Below are positions 57,924 to 64,000 of a DNA stretch of 64,000 nucleotides, piece by piece; position 1 is the stretch's first letter, and the number at the start of each line of letters is the position of its first letter. The notes beneath the pieces are model-generated. The model made no database searches, was not told the DNA's origin, and saw nothing but the letters and a program-made list of their open reading frames with translations. The stretch is from assembly GCA_034669905.1 (NCBI GenBank), contig JAXMOL010000023.1:32001-96000 (forward strand), written 5' to 3'. The translations under genes and the position numbers were made by a program. Source of the DNA: Candidatus Hydrogenedentota bacterium (GTDB lineage: Bacteria > Hydrogenedentota > Hydrogenedentia > Hydrogenedentales > JAEUWI01).

Positions 57924-58867
57924 CAGGTGGTACTCCGATTTTGTGCTTCACCCACGGTGCGGACGAAAAGCTCTTCCAAGGTTTCGCGACGGGGCGCTAC
58001 GGCCACGAGATTCAATTGCTGCTCTTTGCAGATATTGAGGGCGTCGTAGGAATTCATATCGTTCGGTACGCGCAGAATTAATTTGCCTTCCACCCGATCC
58101 TCGGGCGTGATGCCTTTCTCCGCCAACACACCCAGCACATCTTCCGAAGCACTCTCCACTTCGATGGTCAGATCCCGATCGGTGAGCAACTCATCAATCG
58201 TGCCGATTTTCTGGACTTCACCCTGGTAAAGGATGCCGGCCCGGTCACTGATGAGCTCCACTTCCAGCAACTCGTGACTCGAAATCATCAGGGTCTTACC
58301 CCGATCACGGAGACGGGCCAGAATATCCCGCATCTCTTTCCGAGCGATGGGGTCCAGGCCCGTGGTGGGTTCGTCCAGAATCAGAATCTGAGGATCGCTG
58401 ATGAGGGCCTGGGCCAGGCCGATACGCTGGCGCATGCCCTTGGAGTAGCCCCGCAACATGCGACGGCGGGCGTGGGTCATGCCCACTTCTTCCAGCACTT
58501 CGCTGATACGCGTCTCCAGTTTCTTACCGCTCAGCCCATAGAGCTGACCATAAAAACGGAGGATCTCTTCGCCCCGAAGGAAATCGGGGTAGTAGGCACC
58601 TTCCGGAAGGTAGCCAATATTCTGCCGCACCTTCGCGGAGGCAATATCCTTCAGACCCAGAATCTCAATACTCCCCGCCGTCGGGAAGATCAAGCCCAGA
58701 AGCATCTTGATCGTCGTGGTCTTTCCAGAACCGTTGGGTCCCAGATACGCGAAGATCTCACCGGAATTCACGGTGAGGTCCAGTTCCTTCAGGGCATAGA
58801 CATCCTGCCCTCGGAACGAACTCTCGTATATTTTCGAGAGTCCCTTCGTTTCGATAACTACAGACAC
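57923..58867 (-). CDS. ABC transporter ATP-binding protein (PilH-like)
   Basis: GPNGSGKT, YSKGMRQRIGLAQAL, ILDEP, SSH. Confidence 0.93.
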   Translation of the reverse strand: MSVVIETKGLSKIYESSFRGQDVYALKELDLTVNSGEIFAYLGPNGSGKTTTIKMLLGLIFPTAGSIEILGLKDIASAKVRQNIGYLPEGAYYPDFLRGEEILRFYGQLYGLSGKKLETRISEVLEEVGMTHARRRMLRGYSKGMRQRIGLAQALISDPQILILDEPTTGLDPIARKEMRDILARLRDRGKTLMISSHELLEVELISDRAGILYQGEVQKIGTIDELLTDRDLTIEVESASEDVLGVLAEKGITPEDRVEGKLILRVPNDMNSYDALNICKEQQLNLVAVAPRRETLEELFVRTVGEAQNRSTT

Positions 58868-59138
58868 AGAATCAGGCCTTTCGTGTGGTTTGAACGCCCC
58901 AAAGGGGACACTACCAGCAACGTGTTCCGCAAGAATACGTTACCCACTCTCTGGATGAACAAACGTCTCAGTGAACTTTCAAATCCGGAAGGGCAAAAGG
59001 GAGACTTGCAGACGTGTTGGGCACACGCCTTGCATCACACTCACCCAAGCTCTCACAGGACGACGATGATAGCAAATCATTGCAAATTATGCAAAGTAAC
59101 AAAGTAGCCGCGCAGCATATATTATTCTCATTTATACC

Positions 59139-60146
59139 CTATTGCTCAATTTCCTTAAAGCCGTGCGCTGCCAAGGCCCCTGACAGGGTCGGATAATCCG
59201 GCATCTCCCCATCCCACGAAACCACCGTGGCACCATCTCGCACGCAAACCAGCCGCGGCGGACTGGAGGCCGTTTCCAACAGCGGAAAGAAATTCAGACT
59301 CTTATCACCCAGCGACAACATGGGAAACTGGGGCTGGGTAAGGAGCTTGAATTCTTCCATACTCCCCTCCTCGGGCTCCAGACAGATGGCAACCAGGGGC
59401 GGCAGTGTCGGGTCGAACATGAACTCATTCAATTGCGGCACCGACTCCATGCAGTGCTCACAGGTCATGCTCAGCAGGGCTACCAGATGCTCCCCCTTCC
59501 CCAGTTCGAAGCGGTCCCCATAGTCGCTTTCCACCACATAGTTTGCAAAGGGTCCCGCCTCGACCGGGGCCTTCGTGGCCGTATCCGTAGAATCCCCGGA
59601 GGGCGGTGGTGGTGGCGGGGTCGCAATGCCCAGCTGGGGAATGACCGCCAGGCTGGCAATCAGCGCGAGCACCGTCGCGATGCCAAGGCGCAGGCCCGAT
59701 CGGCGTGGTGGTGTCTGGGACGAGTCTGCCCGCACGACGAGGCCGTAATAGGCCAGTGCGGTAAATGCCAGCAAGACCAGATTCTTCCCGATGGCCTGGG
59801 GCGGCGTCACTTTTACCTTGCCGAAGCAACCGCAGTCTTCGAGGCCGTTCACCTGCCAGGCGTAAACGATCACCAGTGTAAAGAAGCAGAGCATTGCGGC
59901 ACCGAGCCCCAGCACGGCCCGACGCCAGGGCACCCCCAGGACCATACACACCCCCAGAAAAGTTTCCAATGCCAGGGCGGCGAAGGCGACGACCAGCAAG
60001 GCACCGGTCGACTCGACTATCTGATAGGCGTGAATTTGGGGGAGAAAGGCGTTGAAGTCCATCGCCTTCAAAGCGGCGGCGACCAGATAGGTAACCCCAA
60101 CCCCAACTTCTGCAACGCGGGCAGCGCCCTTGGGCCAAAACGTCAT
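59139..60146 (-). CDS. MauE/DoxX family membrane protein with C-terminal thioredoxin-like domain
   Basis: TM helices with DCGCFG; CEHC. Confidence 0.8.
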   Translation of the reverse strand: MTFWPKGAARVAEVGVGVTYLVAAALKAMDFNAFLPQIHAYQIVESTGALLVVAFAALALETFLGVCMVLGVPWRRAVLGLGAAMLCFFTLVIVYAWQVNGLEDCGCFGKVKVTPPQAIGKNLVLLAFTALAYYGLVVRADSSQTPPRRSGLRLGIATVLALIASLAVIPQLGIATPPPPPPSGDSTDTATKAPVEAGPFANYVVESDYGDRFELGKGEHLVALLSMTCEHCMESVPQLNEFMFDPTLPPLVAICLEPEEGSMEEFKLLTQPQFPMLSLGDKSLNFFPLLETASSPPRLVCVRDGATVVSWDGEMPDYPTLSGALAAHGFKEIEQ

Positions 60147-60203
60147 TTCATGAGCTCTCCGAGTTAAATCGGGCCCCCGTTGAGGCGCCCGAAGCGTGCG
60201 GCA

Positions 60204-61304
60204 CTAGAATTTGAATTCCAAACCGGCACCAAAGCGTGTATTAAATCGTTCGAGCGTATCAAATACCGGGTCTTCTTCGAAAGCTACCGACACATCAAAT
60301 CGCAACGACAGTTTGGGCGACAAGGGATAACTCAAGGTAGATTCTGCCTGGGCGCGGAAGGCACTTCCGCTACTCGACCCGGGTTGTATAGAGAGGCGAC
60401 TGTCCCATTGCCCTCCACCCCACGCGGGCTGGCCATAGCCTACCCCCGCTTCCGGGCCCAGCGCGGTGTGGCTTTCCGATTCCCGTGCCGCCAGCGGGTG
60501 CCGCTCCCGACCACGCCATTGGCTTCGCTGGAGCCCCGCCCCCACATAGGCGAAATAACCCTGTTCGGGGTCGTCATCAAAATCGTACCGCACCCCCACG
60601 CTCGCCCCCGTGCGCCACTGAAGGGCTTCGTCCACCTGCCGCTCCACCCGAAGGTCCAGATAGGGAGACCACCCCGCAGGATTCTGGGGCAGCATATTCA
60701 GCGCACCCGCCAGATAGTCGCCCACCGAATCTTCATCCTGACCATCGACCCGCAGCCGTAACCCCAGCCGGGTCTTGAGGCCATCACGCATCCCTGCCCA
60801 CGCCAGACTGGCCCGTGCACCGTCTTCGCTACCCGCATAGCCGGATAGGGAAGTCGAGACACGCTGCTGCCAACGTGTTGATGTTTCGGAAGGAGGGGCG
60901 GGCGTTGCAGCCAGGGGCGGCGCATTCTTGATAGAACGGATCGTGGCGTAATCCAGGGGAAGTACCTGTTCGGCACGGCCTTCCCCCTGCCCTTCGACCA
61001 CGATTCCACCGTGGACCAGGCGACCGATTTCGACCCCCTCGTCGTGATGGGTAACGATCCAGCGCTGAGCGCTCGCCAGACTGCGCACCTCGCTCATGGG
61101 CAACATCATTTGGCCCTTCAGGGATGTACGGAATACGAGAATCCCCTCTGCAACACGCGTTATGGTACCGGACAGCGACTCGCCCCCGGCGGTAACGACC
61201 ACGTCGGCCAGTACCGCAGGGGCCACGCACAAGAGCGCACAAAGGGCGACCCATCGGCCAGCAGCCGATAGCAGACACTTAAGCTGTGCAATGGCGTTTT
61301 TCAT
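60204..61304 (-). CDS. Outer-membrane beta-barrel protein (DUF481-like)
   Basis: Signal peptide, GESLSG N-domain, alternating beta strands, terminal F. Confidence 0.7.
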   Translation of the reverse strand: MKNAIAQLKCLLSAAGRWVALCALLCVAPAVLADVVVTAGGESLSGTITRVAEGILVFRTSLKGQMMLPMSEVRSLASAQRWIVTHHDEGVEIGRLVHGGIVVEGQGEGRAEQVLPLDYATIRSIKNAPPLAATPAPPSETSTRWQQRVSTSLSGYAGSEDGARASLAWAGMRDGLKTRLGLRLRVDGQDEDSVGDYLAGALNMLPQNPAGWSPYLDLRVERQVDEALQWRTGASVGVRYDFDDDPEQGYFAYVGAGLQRSQWRGRERHPLAARESESHTALGPEAGVGYGQPAWGGGQWDSRLSIQPGSSSGSAFRAQAESTLSYPLSPKLSLRFDVSVAFEEDPVFDTLERFNTRFGAGLEFKF

Positions 61305-61365
61305 ATCGCTCGATTACTATTTCATTTGTCCAGGACGCGAAAAACCCGACCTCCTTACGCGTGAA

Positions 61366-62034
61366 CTAGGCCCGCCACAATGCCACGGAGTCACACCCCG
61401 CGATGGCCTTCCCGGCCGTAATGCGCTCGGGCTCGTTTAACAGCGCGTCAATCATCGCGGCTTTGTCGTCACCGGCCACGACGAAAATAATCTTTCCCAC
61501 CTGGGCCAACAATTCGGGACTCACCGTAATGCGGTCCGGGGGGGAATCCTTATAGGCAGGCGCCGCAAGGCACCCCTTGGCCCGGGCCAAATCGGCATCA
61601 TTGAAGAGGGAGCAGGTGTGGCCGTCGGCCCCGAGCCCCAACAAGGCAACCGGAATCTGCCCCCCCGCTTCCAGAAAGGCACGGAGCGCCTTGTCGTAGG
61701 CTGTTGCGCAGGCTTCGATTTCAAGCTCCGGGTCTATGCGGAGGGTTCGTGTGGCCAGTCCCACCGCTTCGATCATGGCCTTTGCGTTCCCGAAATTGCT
61801 CTCCGGAGAATCTACAGGGACATAGCGGTCATCGGTAAAGGCCAGGTGGGCTTCCGGGACGGCCACCACCGGATCCGCCGCGATATTCGCATACACCGGC
61901 AGGGGCGTATTGCCCCCGGATACCATCAGGGCAAAATTCTGGTCGGCGGACTGGGTCAGCGTGCTCCGAATGAGTGCTTCCACCGCCGCCAGCAGCGCAT
62001 CTTTGGATTCAAAATCAACAACTTCTATGGACAT
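61366..62034 (-). CDS. pgl: 6-phosphogluconolactonase
   Basis: SGGNTP, DDRYVP..SN, LGLGADGHTCSLF; downstream of zwf. Confidence 0.9.
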   Translation of the reverse strand: MSIEVVDFESKDALLAAVEALIRSTLTQSADQNFALMVSGGNTPLPVYANIAADPVVAVPEAHLAFTDDRYVPVDSPESNFGNAKAMIEAVGLATRTLRIDPELEIEACATAYDKALRAFLEAGGQIPVALLGLGADGHTCSLFNDADLARAKGCLAAPAYKDSPPDRITVSPELLAQVGKIIFVVAGDDKAAMIDALLNEPERITAGKAIAGCDSVALWRA

Positions 62035-62112
62035 CTATCGCTCACTTCCTGCGTTGCAGCATCCCGCAGGCCACCGCACACGCGCTTTCAACTTACGGGC
62101 ACGAAGCCCAAA

Positions 62113-63600
62113 CTACCATTTCGCACCAAAGCGGGCGGCCAGTGCATCGGCCGCTTCCGGACCGCCACTGCCGAACTCATACGTCTCGGGCTCCACCTGC
62201 TTCGCTTCGAGCTCATGCAGTACCGGCGTAAATATATCCCAGGCCGCTTCCAGTTCGTCCGCCCGGATAAAGAGGCTCTTGTCACCCTGGATCACGTCGA
62301 GAATAAGGGATTCATAGGCGTCTGGAATGGCGCCTTCAAAGGCCGACGAGTAACGCAAGTCGAGCTTGGTCTCATCCAGGCGAATCCCCAGACCCGGCAC
62401 CCGGTTCACGATTCGCATGGTCAGCCCCGCGTCCGGCTGGACCTGAATCACCAACTCGTTTTCCGGAAGCCCTTTCGCCGCCTGGGCGAATATGTTACCG
62501 GGAATCGCCTGGAAACGAATGCGAATCTCGGTCTTAGAATCGCCCATTCCCTTACCGGCGCGAATGAGGAAGGGCACCCCATCCCAACGGCGGTTGTTAA
62601 TCTTCAAGGCCGCGGCGGCATAGGTGGGCGTAATGGACCCTTCGGGGGTTCCCTTTTCTTGCAGGTAACCAAAATGCTGCTTACCGTTTACAGCGCCGGG
62701 ACCGTACTGCGCCACCACGATATCGCCCAGGGGGATCGGTTTGATCGCGCGCAGCGCCTTCACCTTTTCATCGCGCACATAGGTGGAGTTCAGCGCGACC
62801 GGCTGCTCCATGGCCACGAGGGCCACCATCTGCAGGAGGTGATTCTGCATCACATCCCGGATGATCCCATATTCGTCGAAATAGCCCGCCCGCCCCTGAA
62901 GGCTCAGGTTTTCCGTCCACGAAATCCGGACATTCTTAATGTGATTGCGATTCCAGATGGGATCGAAAATCAGGTTGGCAAAGCGCAGCACCAGCAGGTT
63001 CTGAATCACTTCCTTACCCAGATAATGATCGATCCGGTAGGTCTGATTCTCACTGAAAACCTGCCGCATACTCTCTGTCAACGCATCGGACGAAGCCCGA
63101 TCACTGCCGAAGGGCTTCTCAATAACGACCCGACTCCAGCTCTGCTCGCCTTCATCGGCAACCAACTCGGCATCATGGAGGGCGTGCGCCACGTCCAGAA
63201 AGAGGAAAGGCGGAATGGCCATATAGAACACCCGATTTTCGGGGGCATCGGTCTTGATATGCTCCAACTCGGTATGAAGCTGACGGTACGAATCGGAGCT
63301 GTCGTAATTACCCGACACGTAGGTGCACCGCGAGAGGAAGTTCTTCATCAGCTCATCGCACTGTTGCCCCGGCACATAGCGGCACGTCAGTTTTTCTTCC
63401 ACCCGCGCACGGAAGGCATCGTTGGTCATTTCACTCCGGGCGAATCCCACGATGTGAAACTGGGTGGGAAGCAGATCCTGGCAGTAGAGGGCAAACAGCG
63501 CCGGAAATATCTTTTTCAGGGCCAAATCACCGGAAGCGCCCACCACCACCACCGCCAGGGGATGGCTACGATCGATGCCAGGTGCGATTGTCGTTTTCAT
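62113..63600 (-). CDS. zwf: Glucose-6-phosphate 1-dehydrogenase
   Basis: GASGDLA, EKPFG, RIDHYLGKE, RDVMQNHL, RWDGVPF. Confidence 0.97.
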   Translation of the reverse strand: MKTTIAPGIDRSHPLAVVVVGASGDLALKKIFPALFALYCQDLLPTQFHIVGFARSEMTNDAFRARVEEKLTCRYVPGQQCDELMKNFLSRCTYVSGNYDSSDSYRQLHTELEHIKTDAPENRVFYMAIPPFLFLDVAHALHDAELVADEGEQSWSRVVIEKPFGSDRASSDALTESMRQVFSENQTYRIDHYLGKEVIQNLLVLRFANLIFDPIWNRNHIKNVRISWTENLSLQGRAGYFDEYGIIRDVMQNHLLQMVALVAMEQPVALNSTYVRDEKVKALRAIKPIPLGDIVVAQYGPGAVNGKQHFGYLQEKGTPEGSITPTYAAAALKINNRRWDGVPFLIRAGKGMGDSKTEIRIRFQAIPGNIFAQAAKGLPENELVIQVQPDAGLTMRIVNRVPGLGIRLDETKLDLRYSSAFEGAIPDAYESLILDVIQGDKSLFIRADELEAAWDIFTPVLHELEAKQVEPETYEFGSGGPEAADALAARFGAKW

Positions 63601-63686
63601 AGCTAACTTCCTTCCATGGCGCCACACCAGGTGCGACGCCCCAAATTACATTTCATGAACCGCGTTAGAACTACGGCATGCCTTTC

Positions 63687-64000
63687 CTATTCGGACTCGG
63701 CAAAAGGTGGTGTCGTAATCTCGTATACGACGAAACCGAGGTAGCGCTTGGACTGCGACGCTACGTAGTCCGCCAAATCTACCGCAACCACGGCTTCCGA
63801 TTTTGAACTCGCGTGATAGAGGCGCCCGCTCCCCCCCGCTTCAGGAAGAAAAATCCCGCAATGGAGGGCAAAGAGCCAATCTATTTTGCCAACAAAGACG
63901 ATAACGGACGGCTTGGTAATACGGGGAGCCGCGGCGGCCGCCAGGTGGGATGGCACGATCTGAATCTGCACATCCCGATCCGGAATATCCGTCCCGAACT
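63687..64000 (-). CDS. C-terminal fragment, possibly DUF1460/NlpC-P60-like amidase (truncated by window edge)
   Basis: Frame open to the window end; HCG..LYHASS....V....L..Y......GF.V. Confidence 0.55.
   Translation of the reverse strand, partial: FGTDIPDRDVQIQIVPSHLAAAAAPRITKPSVIVFVGKIDWLFALHCGIFLPEAGGSGRLYHASSKSEAVVAVDLADYVASQSKRYLGFVVYEITTPPFAESE

Overview
GC-rich bacterial chromosome segment. The gene content (H-X9-DG/DUF1559-like proteins, PVC-type CxxCH dehydrogenase, several Tat-signal Gfo/Idh/MocA enzymes) suggests a PVC-like or Candidatus Hydrogenedentota-like organism; this is inference. Left to right: 3' end of rpoN, a redoxin/Cu-monooxygenase-like gene, a solitary pilC, many secreted carbohydrate/redox enzymes, a small T6SS-effector-like cassette (Tle1-like hydrolase, triple transthyretin-like protein, DUF4123-tail-like protein), several REP/REPIN-like elements and a 24-unit heptamer array, then a minus-strand housekeeping run (zwf, pgl, DUF481, MauE-like, pilHIG-like ABC module, yggS, pheS, pheT, zapB-like, zapA). 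The top finding is an unannotated ~145-nt rod-shaped RNA at 3932-4076 (-). It starts exactly at the +1 of a sigma-54 promoter, ends in U7, and has a 6S-like central bubble with a sigma-54 -24/-12-like arrangement beside it, making it a candidate sigma-54-specific 6S-like RNA about 4 kb from rpoN. Also notable is a plant-plastid-type G6PDH carrying the redox C-X7-C pair. All family calls come from motif recognition by eye; no searches were run.
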